Assembly (NCBI GenBank): GCA_030524345.1
Contig: JAUNGP010000006.1
Span: forward strand, 15,105-79,104
Reading direction: 5' to 3'
Source: Clostridia bacterium
Lineage (GTDB): Bacteria > Bacillota > Clostridia > TANB77 > CAG-465
Length of the DNA: 64,000 nt
Shown here: positions 29,972 to 40,516 of the stretch, piece after piece
How the letters are laid out: the number at the start of each line of letters is the position of its first letter
Numbering within the stretch: position 1 is the first letter of the stretch
Position numbers and translations under genes: made by a program
Notes under the pieces: generated by a model
What the model saw: only the letters and a program-made list of their open reading frames with translations
Databases searched by the model: none
What the model was told of the DNA's origin: nothing

Positions 29972-29974
29972 CTG

Positions 29975-30652
29975 TCATACTGATTTAGATAAAAGTTCAT
30001 ATATAGCATTATCTACTTCCTTAGAGATGCTCTCAAAATCATATTGAATATCAACAAGAAAATCATGGTACTCTTTCTGAAAACTATCATTATTAGAATC
30101 ATTTACAATTTCTTGTATTAGTGGAACTACACATAATAGGTTTGCCCTTTGCTCTAATGATGTTCTCAGGTCATTTATTGAAGTTTTTTTGATATTTTCA
30201 ATAAGAGGTATTGCTTTCAATTCTTTATCACTCCAGCTCTGCATGTTTTTAGGTTTGCGCATCAAATAATAAAGCCTTTTGTCTATTTTAAGTAACATAG
30301 TGGGATCATATACATATCCATTGCTTTCAATAAAATAATGCCAGGCACTATCCTTTCCATATTTTAATTCTAAATCTTTCATATCGGCCTGTATCAAAGT
30401 AGGATGTTCAAATCCAAAAGATAATAATAGACTCCTATCATAACATTTACCAGGTCCCATTATCGGCTTTAAATACTTAATATGTATTGAAAGTGGGATA
30501 CCATTAAAATAAAACCCTTTTAGCTTATCATAGACATCTTCTTCAAATAATTGAACTTTCCCTAAGAAAACGCCAATTTTTAGTAGCAAGTAGATACGTT
30601 TTAGAAATAGTCTAGTGATCAAATTATATTTCATATTATTGTCTCCTCTCAT
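29975..30652 (-). CDS. transglutaminase-like superfamily cysteine peptidase-like protein
   Basis: GKCYDRS...SAWHYFIESNGYVYDPT matches the Cys...His-x-W/Y...Asp-Pro-Thr arrangement of the transglutaminase-like core. Confidence 0.5.
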   Translation of the reverse strand: MRGDNNMKYNLITRLFLKRIYLLLKIGVFLGKVQLFEEDVYDKLKGFYFNGIPLSIHIKYLKPIMGPGKCYDRSLLLSFGFEHPTLIQADMKDLELKYGKDSAWHYFIESNGYVYDPTMLLKIDKRLYYLMRKPKNMQSWSDKELKAIPLIENIKKTSINDLRTSLEQRANLLCVVPLIQEIVNDSNNDSFQKEYHDFLVDIQYDFESISKEVDNAIYELLSKSV

Positions 30653-30799
30653 CTCCTTTATATAATTAATAAAGAGTTTTATAAAAATTTAGGTAGATTA
30701 TATCACAGTTTTGGCCTATAGGCAAATAAAAAGCACTAAATTAGTGCTTTTCTTAGTTTAGTATAGTTAATATATTATTAAAATAAAGAGGCATGCTAT

Positions 30800-31102
30800 T
30801 TAATGATAGATAGGTATCAATAAAGTTTGACCTTTATATATATTACTAGATGACATATGATTAACATCTTGTATGTCATATATTACTTTTTGTATATCCA
30901 TATTATTTTTTTTAGAAATATCGCCTGCAATATTCCATAAAGTATCTTTATCATTTACTATAATACTGTAAGTTTTTACTTCTTCTTTACCAAGCTCATA
31001 GACAGTAATAAGTCTAAATAAGGAAAATATTGCGAAAGCAATTAGAATATTTGATATCATCTTTTTTACATTTATTTTGTAATTAATACTACATTTTACC
31101 AT
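30800..31102 (-). CDS. small membrane-anchored LysM-domain protein
   Basis: N-terminal TM. YSIIVNDKDTLWNIAGDISKK...GQTLLIPI is LysM-like. Confidence 0.6.
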   Translation of the reverse strand: MVKCSINYKINVKKMISNILIAFAIFSLFRLITVYELGKEEVKTYSIIVNDKDTLWNIAGDISKKNNMDIQKVIYDIQDVNHMSSSNIYKGQTLLIPIYH

Positions 31103-31283
31103 AAAATCACCTCATAAAACATTTGTTCTTTTAACTAATATTATTATAGTACATGAACAAATGTTTGTCAATAGCTTTTTGAAATAAAAAAGAATAAATG
31201 TTCGATTATATAGGAGAATAAAAAGATACCGTTCTTTAAGCGATATCTTTTTTACTTTCTAGAATTCAAGTTATGCACACTAT

Positions 31284-31892
31284 TTATATTTGATTTACTA
31301 CAGTTTGATACATTAGATCCCTAATTTTTATAGAAATATCGACATTTTCATTAAATTGTATATCCTTTAAAATAATAGTTTCATCAATGATATACTTATC
31401 TATGATAGGTTTTATTTGTGTATATTTAGAATAAGTAACACTGAAATCATAATCTATATAGTGATATATCTCCTTTTTGGTGCAAATATCTAATGCCTTC
31501 CTTGCAGTATTTAGGTAAGTTCTTGATAGTGGTCCTGCGCCAAGTAAAATCCCACCAAAATATCTTACAATTATAATACATATATTAGTAATTGCCTCTT
31601 TAGTTAAAAGTTCATATATTGCCTTGGTACCTGTTCCTTTGGGTTCACCATCATCTGAAAATCGAATGTTACAAACATTATTTTGAAGAAGAGAATAAAT
31701 ATATACCACATGTCTTGCCTCTTTATTATTATCTTTTATTATATTTATATAATTTATTGCTTCTTCTTCACTATTTACTTTAAAAATATATGAATAAAAT
31801 TTAGATTTTTTCTCTATAATAACACCATTTGCTATTTCTCCAAATTTTGGTATGTAACTTTTATCATGATTTAATATACTATAGTATTTCAT
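31284..31892 (-). CDS. YigZ/IMPACT family protein (UPF0029)
   Basis: DDGEPKGTGTKAI...IIVVRYFGGILLGAGPLSRTY matches the IMPACT core (DDGEP..GTAG...VVTRYFGGIKLG..GL.RAY). Confidence 0.75.
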   Translation of the reverse strand: MKYYSILNHDKSYIPKFGEIANGVIIEKKSKFYSYIFKVNSEEEAINYINIIKDNNKEARHVVYIYSLLQNNVCNIRFSDDGEPKGTGTKAIYELLTKEAITNICIIIVRYFGGILLGAGPLSRTYLNTARKALDICTKKEIYHYIDYDFSVTYSKYTQIKPIIDKYIIDETIILKDIQFNENVDISIKIRDLMYQTVVNQI

Positions 31893-32083
31893 TAATATAG
31901 GTCTCCTTTATATTAAGGATTATAGCATAAAGGTATATTATTTTCAATCTTTTATTTAGTCCACATATAAAAGATTGATTTGATAAGATGCTTATGGTAT
32001 AATATATTACATAATTTTATAATATGTAATGGTTAATATCTACGCTACTTATAAACTATAATAATTTAAAGGAGAATGAAAAT

Positions 32084-33019
32084 ATGAAAAAAAAGTTATT
32101 TACAAGTCACTCTAAGATTGTCTTTATTTATGCTGCAGATTACATTTATAAATGCTTTCATGTATTTCATGCAGACACTATATTTACAAGTAATTATGAA
32201 TCGTACATATTAGAAAATGATTTGAAACATTTTTCGCCTGATGATGCTAAAAACTCTCATAATGCAAAGCATAATGATTTAATCATAAAGCGGATTCAAC
32301 TTGCTATGAAAGAAAATAAAAAGATTAAAATTGTAAGTTCTACTTTTAAATACCAGTTTAATGATGAAAACTTTAGATTTAAAGGTAGAGATAATACTTT
32401 TGATAATATCTTTAAGCCTAATTTAAATCCTAAATATGTTCCAAAAATACAAAGCGTATACAATAATGATGTATTATTAAATTTTGCATTGTATATGAGA
32501 GCTAAAGGGAAAATACCAGTTATTGTTACAAGAAATCCATATACAATTCTTAATGCCTTATACTTAGGAATTTGTGTAAACCCAAATAATGAACAAAACT
32601 TTACTATGATGAAAAGGGATGTTTTAGTATCATCAAGAAAAACGAGAAATAAAACTCATTTATTTTTTGAAGCTCAATATATTATGAAAAATCCTAGTGA
32701 GTTTAATCATTACTTAAAAAACGATTTCTATGTAAAAGTTATATTTTCCTGCGTTTTAGAAAAATTAATAAAGCATAACTATATTGAAGTATTTTATTAT
32801 CTTGCATACCTGATATCTACTCATGAAAATTTTAAGTTTGTTATAACACCTTCTATTACCACTTATAGTTATTCCTTTAAAAATAGTATGATTTTTAACC
32901 ATGCTATGGCAGTAGCTAGTAATATAAAAGGAAATAGTCATATAATAGGTACAGAAAATATAGATATTTCAGATATAGCTAATAATAATACTTATACAAT
33001 GAAACCTTACTTCAAATAA
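32084..33019 (+). CDS. hypothetical protein, paralog A (PIN-like C-terminal motif)
   Basis: NDVLLNFALYMRAKGKIPVIVTRN...LGI aligns with the downstream paralog and with the DD.IL..A.....V.LVT.D....A...GI signature of PhoH-type PIN domains, but has Asn in place of the last Asp. Confidence 0.4.
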   Translation: MKKKLFTSHSKIVFIYAADYIYKCFHVFHADTIFTSNYESYILENDLKHFSPDDAKNSHNAKHNDLIIKRIQLAMKENKKIKIVSSTFKYQFNDENFRFKGRDNTFDNIFKPNLNPKYVPKIQSVYNNDVLLNFALYMRAKGKIPVIVTRNPYTILNALYLGICVNPNNEQNFTMMKRDVLVSSRKTRNKTHLFFEAQYIMKNPSEFNHYLKNDFYVKVIFSCVLEKLIKHNYIEVFYYLAYLISTHENFKFVITPSITTYSYSFKNSMIFNHAMAVASNIKGNSHIIGTENIDISDIANNNTYTMKPYFK

Positions 33020-33036
33020 AAAAGGAGATTTGGAAT

Positions 33037-34413
33037 ATGATAAACTATAGTAAAGATGAAATTATAAAGCTTGCTTTTGATGATAAGAAAACAATTTGGG
33101 ATTTATTTGAACTTTTTAAGGTTGCTAATGATAAAGAGTATTATCGTTTTATACATGACATATTTGGTGATGATATGATAGGATATACTACTTTTGCTGA
33201 TCAAGTATCTCTTAATAATAAAAAATATCGTATAAACCATACAATCCCAAAAGGCATATCTCCGGAAGAATTAATAAAAATGGCGGAAAATGGCAAAAAT
33301 AGAATTGACTTTATGAGAATGTTAGGAATAAACGGAACTAGTAAGTTTTATAAAATGGCTAAAGAAGTATTTGGAAGAGATGAATATGAATATGATATTT
33401 TTATAAGCAAGGTAAAAGAAAATACAGCTAAGTTTTTAGGTGACTCTATTGAAAAGGCTAAAGCTACTAAAAAGCAAAATAAATTAAAAGGAAATAATCA
33501 AGTAGCATATTTATATAGCATAGACTATTTATATATGTATAAAGACTGCGAAAACTTTAGTATACCGCTCTCTCAGGAGTCATATATTCTTTCTTTGGCT
33601 ATAAAGTACTTTTCTTCTAACCCATTTTTAAAATCAATTAGTTCTAAAATAGCAGAAGTGATAAATAAAAACTCTAACGTAGAACTTATTACTGAGGAAA
33701 ATACATTTGATTTTGTAGAGAGAATAAATATAAGCGATGACCCCCACTCAGTATCAGGCATGTTCAATATATTACAAAATAATGTATCGGGGGCATGTCA
33801 TACGCCCATATGTGCTGTTGATAATGATTTATTAATCTTAGATGCACTTAAGCTGAAAAGCCAAGGGAAAAAACCTATTGTAGTTACAAGTAATGTTATT
33901 ACTCAAAGAAACTTACAATATTTTGGTATTGCTTCTATGCCTGCCTGTATATATAACCTAGATGATGGCATACTTTCTTTACAAGATAAAATGCTTTTAC
34001 CTAAAGAGGCAACTCCTCTTCTTCCTTGCATTTGTTTTGATGCTTCATATGTGTTAAGTAAAAAAGACGAATTTTTTAGCTACTTATGTAGTATGGATTC
34101 TATTAAAGTCATTTTTTCAACTATATATGATGATATAATAGAATATTTTATGAAGAAATCTGGATTTAATGCATCTGACGAACTTATGCTAAAAAAGATT
34201 CTATATAGTATCTGTTATGCTGTTTCTTTTAATCCTACCGTTAAATTCATCCCTGTTTCAGGAACCTCTACTGGTTTATACAGTTTTAATTCCAGTATTA
34301 TATTAAATAATACTATTAATTTAAGTAGAGTATATAATGATATTACTATTGCAAGCACTAATAGCAATTTGGTAACAACAGCAAATTTAATGGGGATCAA
34401 AGTAATAATGTAA
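33037..34413 (+). CDS. hypothetical protein, paralog B (N-terminal HTH-like region plus PIN-like C-terminal half)
   Basis: The C-terminal ~200 aa are homologous to paralog A (DNDLLILDALKLKSQGKKPIVVTSN...FGI; VKFIPVSGTSTGLYSFNSS). The N-terminal ~200 aa are extra. Confidence 0.4.
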   Translation: MINYSKDEIIKLAFDDKKTIWDLFELFKVANDKEYYRFIHDIFGDDMIGYTTFADQVSLNNKKYRINHTIPKGISPEELIKMAENGKNRIDFMRMLGINGTSKFYKMAKEVFGRDEYEYDIFISKVKENTAKFLGDSIEKAKATKKQNKLKGNNQVAYLYSIDYLYMYKDCENFSIPLSQESYILSLAIKYFSSNPFLKSISSKIAEVINKNSNVELITEENTFDFVERINISDDPHSVSGMFNILQNNVSGACHTPICAVDNDLLILDALKLKSQGKKPIVVTSNVITQRNLQYFGIASMPACIYNLDDGILSLQDKMLLPKEATPLLPCICFDASYVLSKKDEFFSYLCSMDSIKVIFSTIYDDIIEYFMKKSGFNASDELMLKKILYSICYAVSFNPTVKFIPVSGTSTGLYSFNSSIILNNTINLSRVYNDITIASTNSNLVTTANLMGIKVIM

Positions 34414-34463
34414 AATAAAAAGAATGAATTCTGTAATACAGTTTTCATTCTTTCTTTTTATGA

Positions 34464-35750
34464 TTATTTTTTCATTATATACTTTGCTTTTGCTTTTTTT
34501 AGGACAGTATCTTTTGTGATGATACATTTTTCTATATTAGGATTAGATGGGACTTCATACATAGAATCCATCATAATACTCTCCATGATTGATCTAAGAC
34601 CCCTTGCACCAGTTTTTCTAGATAAAGCTAAGTCTACTATCTCTTCAATTGCATCTTGTTCTATTTCTAGCTCTACATGATCCATTTTAAACAATTTTTT
34701 ATATTGCTTTAATAATGCATTCTTAGGTTTAGATAATATATTAATCAAGGCATCCTTTGTTAATTGATTTAAACTTGTTATGATAGGTAATCTTCCAACA
34801 AGTTCTGGAATCAATCCATATTTTACTATATCATTTGGTAAAACTTTAGAAAATGCTTTTCCTACATCCATTTCTTCTTTTGGTTCTAATGTAGCACCAA
34901 ATCCCATTGTTTTGGTCTCAGTTCTAGCATTGATGATTTTCTCTAGTCCATCAAAAGCTCCTCCACATATAAATAGGATATTAGTCGTATCTATCTTAAT
35001 AAACTCTTGCTGTGGATGTTTTCGCCCGCCTTGGGGAGGTACATTTGCTACAGTTCCTTCGATGATTTTAAGTAATGCTTGTTGTACCCCTTCGCCACTA
35101 ACATCTCTTGTTATGGATGGATTTTCTGATTTTCTGGATATTTTATCCAATTCATCTATGTAGATAATTCCTCTTTCTGCTTTTTGTACATCATAATCTG
35201 CTGCTTGTATTAGCCTTAATAATATATTTTCTACATCTTCTCCTACATAACCTGCTTCTGTAAGCGTAGTAGCATCTGCTATTGCAAATGGGACATGTAG
35301 TATTTTAGCAAGCGTTTGAGCAAGTAATGTTTTTCCGCATCCTGTTGGACCTAAAAGAAGAATATTACTTTTTTGTATTTCAACATCATCTAATTTATCC
35401 ATATTTCTAATTCTCTTGTAATGGTTATATACAGATACTGATAATACTTTTTTAGCCTCATCTTGGCCAATTACATACTCATCCAATACTCTTTTGATAT
35501 TTTCAGGTGATGGAAGCTCATTGCTTTCTAATAGTTCTTTTGAACCATTTTTTTCTATATTATCTCCAATATCTTCATCTTGTATAATTTTATGGCACAT
35601 TTCAATACATTCATCACATATAAAAATACCATCTGGGCCTTCTATTAATTTGTTTACTTCTTGTCTAAGTCTTCCACAAAATGAACAAAATATAATGTCT
35701 GATGTATAACTTTTTGTTGTATCATCACCATTTTTTTTCCCTTTTCCCAT
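34464..35750 (-). CDS. clpX: ATP-dependent Clp protease ATP-binding subunit ClpX
   Basis: N-terminal C4 zinc finger (CSFCG...CDECIE). Walker A GPTGCGKT. Length 428 aa. Confidence 0.95.
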   Translation of the reverse strand: MGKGKKNGDDTTKSYTSDIIFCSFCGRLRQEVNKLIEGPDGIFICDECIEMCHKIIQDEDIGDNIEKNGSKELLESNELPSPENIKRVLDEYVIGQDEAKKVLSVSVYNHYKRIRNMDKLDDVEIQKSNILLLGPTGCGKTLLAQTLAKILHVPFAIADATTLTEAGYVGEDVENILLRLIQAADYDVQKAERGIIYIDELDKISRKSENPSITRDVSGEGVQQALLKIIEGTVANVPPQGGRKHPQQEFIKIDTTNILFICGGAFDGLEKIINARTETKTMGFGATLEPKEEMDVGKAFSKVLPNDIVKYGLIPELVGRLPIITSLNQLTKDALINILSKPKNALLKQYKKLFKMDHVELEIEQDAIEEIVDLALSRKTGARGLRSIMESIMMDSMYEVPSNPNIEKCIITKDTVLKKAKAKYIMKK

Positions 35751-35755
35751 ATGAA

Positions 35756-36367
35756 TTATTTCTCCTTATTTATATTTCCAATGTTGTCCATAACTTCATC
35801 AATTAATCCATATTCTTTTGCTTCTTCTGCTGATAAGAAGTTATCTCTGTCAGTATCTTTTTCTATGATATCTAATGGCTTACCAGTTCTCTCACTTAAT
35901 ATTTTATTTAGATTTGCCTTTACTTTTAATAAGTATTCAGTATGTATTTTGATATCACTAGCTTGACCTTGAACTCCACCTAATGGTTGATGTATCATTA
36001 CAGTTGAGTTAGGTAATGCAAATCTTTTTCCTTTTGTCCCTGCTGCAAGTAAAAATGCTCCCATACTAGCTGCCATACCTACACATATTGTGGATACATC
36101 AGATTTTATATATTGCATTGTATCATATATTCCCATACCTGCAGTAACACTTCCTCCAGGACTATTAATATATATGTATATATCCTTTCCTGGATCTTCA
36201 GCGTCTAAAAATAATAATTGTGCTATTACTAAAGAGGCAGTTACATCATTTACTTCATCAGATAAGAATATAATTCTTTCCTTTAGAAGTCTAGAATAAA
36301 TATCATAAGATCTCTCACCTTTACTTGTTTGCTCTATTACCATTGGTACTAAACTATTATTAATCAT
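35756..36367 (-). CDS. clpP: ATP-dependent Clp protease proteolytic subunit ClpP
   Basis: [19 protein letters not shown]...[11 protein letters not shown]...MIHQPLGG (Ser-His-Asp triad context). Confidence 0.95.
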   Translation of the reverse strand: MINNSLVPMVIEQTSKGERSYDIYSRLLKERIIFLSDEVNDVTASLVIAQLLFLDAEDPGKDIYIYINSPGGSVTAGMGIYDTMQYIKSDVSTICVGMAASMGAFLLAAGTKGKRFALPNSTVMIHQPLGGVQGQASDIKIHTEYLLKVKANLNKILSERTGKPLDIIEKDTDRDNFLSAEEAKEYGLIDEVMDNIGNINKEK

Positions 36368-36396
36368 AATTAAACCTCCTTTATTTAATTATAAAA

Positions 36397-37683
36397 TTAT
36401 TTTTCAATGGCATTATCTACAACAACAGCCATTGTTTTTTCTTGTATTACTTGCTCAGTAATATAGTGTCTTATATTTGGGTTTGTTTTAAAGTTTGAAG
36501 TATCTTCAGTATTACCATATTGTTTTACTAATTCTTCAATCTTTTCATCGATATCTTTTTCTTCGGCCTTAATGCCTTCGACTTTTGCTATAAATTCTAA
36601 TGCAAGTTTTAATGTTACATCTCTTTTTGCATTAGGTCTTAGATTTGTTTTGAACTCCTCTAAAGTTGAACCCATATATTGACAATATTGTTCCATTGTA
36701 ATGCCTTGGTATGATAAATTAGCAGAAAATTGCTCTATCATTTTTTCTACTTCACTATCAATCATAGCTTCTGGTATAGTTACCTCGGTATTTTCTACTA
36801 ATTTTTCCAAAGCTTTGCTTTCTTTATTTCTTTTTGCTTCGGCTTCTTTATCTGATTTTATTTTTTTCTCTAAATCCTTTTTATATTCTTCTAAAGTTTC
36901 AAATTCAGAAACATCTTTTGCAAACTCATCATCTAATTCTGGTAGAATTTTTGATTTTATACTAATTAATTTTACTTTAAACATAGCATCTTTTCCAGCT
37001 AAATTTTCTGCATGATAATCTTCTGGAAATTTAACATTAATTTCTTTTTCTTCACCAATTTTCATACCTACTAATTGATCTTCAAATCCTGGTATAAATT
37101 GACCACTTCCAATTGTTAATTCGAAATTTTCTGCCTTTCCGCCATCAAATGCTACTCCATCAACAAATCCTTCAAAATCGATTGTTGAGATATCATCTTT
37201 GGCTAAATCCCTATCATCAACACTAACAATTCTAGCATTTTTGTCTCTTGCATTTTCTAATTCTTTTTCAACATCTTTTTTAGTTACTCTTGTACTAAAT
37301 TTTTCAACTTCTAAACCTTTATAAGCTTTTACATTAACTTCAGGTTTTACATAAAAAGTTACAGTATAAATGAATTCTTTTCCTTTTCCGATCTGTTTTA
37401 CATCCAATTCTGGTTTTGAAACAACTTCTAATTTATGTTCTTCAATTGCTTTAGCATAAGCTTCATCAACATTATCTTCGATAACTGTTTCGTACAAAAC
37501 ACCTTCTCCATAAGTTTTTTCAACAATACTTCTTGGTACTTTACCGTTTCTGAATCCAGGCACTTTAAAGTATTTTGCGTTTTTAGTAAATGCCTTATCT
37601 AAAGCTTTTTCAAAATCTTCTTTAGACATTGTAAATTCTAATACTACTTTTGAATTTTCTTGTTTTTCTACTTTTACACTCAT
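36397..37683 (-). CDS. tig: trigger factor
   Basis: 428 aa. FKBP-type PPIase central domain. Canonical tig-clpP-clpX gene order. Confidence 0.9.
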   Translation of the reverse strand: MSVKVEKQENSKVVLEFTMSKEDFEKALDKAFTKNAKYFKVPGFRNGKVPRSIVEKTYGEGVLYETVIEDNVDEAYAKAIEEHKLEVVSKPELDVKQIGKGKEFIYTVTFYVKPEVNVKAYKGLEVEKFSTRVTKKDVEKELENARDKNARIVSVDDRDLAKDDISTIDFEGFVDGVAFDGGKAENFELTIGSGQFIPGFEDQLVGMKIGEEKEINVKFPEDYHAENLAGKDAMFKVKLISIKSKILPELDDEFAKDVSEFETLEEYKKDLEKKIKSDKEAEAKRNKESKALEKLVENTEVTIPEAMIDSEVEKMIEQFSANLSYQGITMEQYCQYMGSTLEEFKTNLRPNAKRDVTLKLALEFIAKVEGIKAEEKDIDEKIEELVKQYGNTEDTSNFKTNPNIRHYITEQVIQEKTMAVVVDNAIEK

Positions 37684-37934
37684 TCTAATTCCTCCATTAA
37701 CAAAAATTTGACTTATATAATATATATTAACCAGTCAGTTTAACTATTATATTATACCATAAATCTTTAAATTTTCAACCTATTTATAAAAAAACATACA
37801 AAAAGTTACACTTCCTTTTTTAGAAAGAATTTGTTTTTTTATTTATTTTATTGTAATTCGCAAATAATGTATATTATATAAAATAAAAGCAATTAAAGAC
37901 GCACAGATATTTCTGTACGTCTCTTTCTTTTCCT

Positions 37935-38264
37935 TTAAAGTGCTCTTACCAACGTTTTCAGTTCATTGAAATATGACTGATTGTTTTCAATAGCCAACTG
38001 ACATGGTGTATAATCCATCGTTACTCCTCTTCTAAGCCCAAGTACAATCTCTGCACTCTTCTCTCCAAGTTTTTCGATCCCCATCGCCTGGCAGAGCCTC
38101 TCTTCTATCTCCTCCATGGGAATATGGAGTTCTCTTGACATAAACAGTGCCGCGATATTTGCCTTTGCTGCATAATATTCTTGGCCTCTTCCGTGTTGTT
38201 CTCCCATAGGGAAACCTCTCACAATACCCATTACTTGTAATTCAGTAAATCTCATGTTTGCCAT
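37935..38264 (-). CDS. hypothetical protein (about 109 aa), GC-elevated
   Basis: Start at MANMRF with AAGGAGG at 8 nt. Upstream in-frame Mets lack an SD. Confidence 0.45.
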   Translation of the reverse strand: MANMRFTELQVMGIVRGFPMGEQHGRGQEYYAAKANIAALFMSRELHIPMEEIEERLCQAMGIEKLGEKSAEIVLGLRRGVTMDYTPCQLAIENNQSYFNELKTLVRAL

Positions 38265-38461
38265 ATTTTTGGCCTCCTTCATAATATAATCTATTAATAT
38301 TATATCACATTTTAAAAATTCCATCAAATTATGTCATTTTCTTATTCCTTTTTATAGAATTTTTCTTTATATTTTACTTATATGTGATTTACAAATATTA
38401 TCTTTTATATACTTTAAGTAACATAAAAAGGCATGCTTTTCTATTGCATGTCTTTTTTATG

Positions 38462-40516
38462 TTACTTACTATCTACCATATAATCTTCAATGACTTTATA
38501 AGTCCAAGCCGACGAACCAGTATACCAAGTCCAACCTCCTCTGCCTACATGATCTGGATTAGAATAAATATCTGCCGCTACAACATAAGGCTCTACCATA
38601 TATTTATCTGCCATATCCTTAGAATCAGAATGATAGATAGGATTAATATATTTTAGGATTTGTATTCCTTCTTCTTTCATTCCAAATTCAAAATATGCCT
38701 TAGCAAGCCATGTTGCAGCATGAGTATATTGGCCTCCATTTTCTCTTGTACCAGGTACATAGGCCTTGATATATCCGGGATTATTCTTTGGCTTATCAAA
38801 AGCCGGATAAAGCAATTTTACAATCATATTTTCTTTATCTACCAAATATTTATCAGCTGTTTTTAAACATTCGACTAGTTCATTTCTTACATCTGGATAA
38901 TCTTTCATTGCAATCACAGCCCAAGCTTGGGAAATCAAGTCTATCTTACATTCCCTATTAGAGTTTGCTCCTAGCACTTCCCCATTTTCAAAAAAGGCTC
39001 TAACAAAATGATCTTCATCCCAAGCATTATCAATAATACTATGTTTAAAAATATGTCTTTGCTTTTCACATAATTTTTCCATTGTATCATCTTTTTTAAT
39101 CTGAGATAACTTAGTAAATCTTTTTAAAATATCCATCATAAAAAATGTAAGCCACACGGATTCTCCTCTTATACTGCTAAATCCATCATTCCAATCGCCA
39201 TCTCCTATTTCAAGTAAACCATTTTTTTCATTAATTCTTGATAGGCTATACTGAATAGCTAGTTTTGCGTGCTCATATACAGTAGCCTCTTTATCTATTT
39301 GATGATATATATCATATACCTCTCTTTTATCTCCCATCGGTTTATCTTCTAAAAAATGTGTTTTAACATCTAATATAGAAATATCTCCTGTTTTTTCTAC
39401 ATATTCAGAAAGTACATATGGAAGCCATAGATAATCATCACTAAAATAGGTTCTAATCCCTGCATTATTATGAACATGCCACCAATGAAGAACATCACCT
39501 TTTTCAAATTGTTTACTAGAATTTAATATGATCTGTTCCCTCGTTTTTTCAGGCCAAGAGCTAATCAATGCTAAAGTATCTTGAAGTTGATCTCTAAATC
39601 CTATGGCTCCACCAGATTGATAAAAAGCAGATCTTGCAAAAAGTCTACACACGATGGTCTGATATAGTAACCAACCATTTGCCATAATTTCTAAATACTG
39701 ATTATCCAGCTTAAAGTTTCTTACTACACGCTCCCTCCAATACGCAATTGTATCTTGATATTCCTTTTCTATTGCCTCCTTGGTATCATATTTTTTTAAT
39801 ACTTCGGCAATATACTCTTTATCATTGCTACAGCCGAATATAATAGAGTATTTTTCTTCTTTTCCCTCTGCAAGTTTTGTTGTAATTCTTACCATGTAAT
39901 CGTCTGGCATATACTCTACAATTGAATTCTCATTTGCTCCTTTTACAGTAACAAAAGATATGCAGTCAGAAAACTCTAAACTATATGGATTTTTAAACTG
40001 CATTACACCATCTTTTTCTCTACACAAAATATATTGTAAATTAGTCTCCTGGGCAACACCAAGAACTGGTTCTAATCGATACTCTATTACACATTCTTGA
40101 GCTTTAGAATATTTATTTTCAAGTGTAATCGTTTGTATTTTTACAGTATCCTCTTTAGGAATAAAGATATCCATTTTTTTAGATATATAATGATCTTCTT
40201 GTAATACTTTAGAATATCCAAATCCATATACTAAATTATAATTATTATCATATATTCCATGAAATATCTCTCCAGGCTTAAAGCTAATCCAATCATTACA
40301 CCAATTCGTAAGTTTAAATCCTTGACTATTTTTATAATAGGTGTATACAGTACCATAGCTTGAAACTACGGTACCGAAATTTTCATTTGCCATGACATTA
40401 CACCAAGGAAGTGGAGTTTTAACATTTAATATATGATATTCATCTCCTTGCTTATTAAATCCACCATATGAATTAAAAGCTATATATTCATTTGAGTTAG
40501 AATTAAACTCCATCAA
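38462..40516 (-). CDS. GH94-family glycoside hydrolase/phosphorylase module (C-terminal module of a split cyclic beta-1,2-glucan synthase)
   Basis: N-terminal beta-sandwich motif (TPLPWCNVMANENFG). GDWNDG catalytic-acid motif. C-terminal GGWTWYTGSSAW, typical of GH94. Overlaps the upstream gene by 14 nt. Confidence 0.75.
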   Translation of the reverse strand: MMEFNSNSNEYIAFNSYGGFNKQGDEYHILNVKTPLPWCNVMANENFGTVVSSYGTVYTYYKNSQGFKLTNWCNDWISFKPGEIFHGIYDNNYNLVYGFGYSKVLQEDHYISKKMDIFIPKEDTVKIQTITLENKYSKAQECVIEYRLEPVLGVAQETNLQYILCREKDGVMQFKNPYSLEFSDCISFVTVKGANENSIVEYMPDDYMVRITTKLAEGKEEKYSIIFGCSNDKEYIAEVLKKYDTKEAIEKEYQDTIAYWRERVVRNFKLDNQYLEIMANGWLLYQTIVCRLFARSAFYQSGGAIGFRDQLQDTLALISSWPEKTREQIILNSSKQFEKGDVLHWWHVHNNAGIRTYFSDDYLWLPYVLSEYVEKTGDISILDVKTHFLEDKPMGDKREVYDIYHQIDKEATVYEHAKLAIQYSLSRINEKNGLLEIGDGDWNDGFSSIRGESVWLTFFMMDILKRFTKLSQIKKDDTMEKLCEKQRHIFKHSIIDNAWDEDHFVRAFFENGEVLGANSNRECKIDLISQAWAVIAMKDYPDVRNELVECLKTADKYLVDKENMIVKLLYPAFDKPKNNPGYIKAYVPGTRENGGQYTHAATWLAKAYFEFGMKEEGIQILKYINPIYHSDSKDMADKYMVEPYVVAADIYSNPDHVGRGGWTWYTGSSAWTYKVIEDYMVDSK

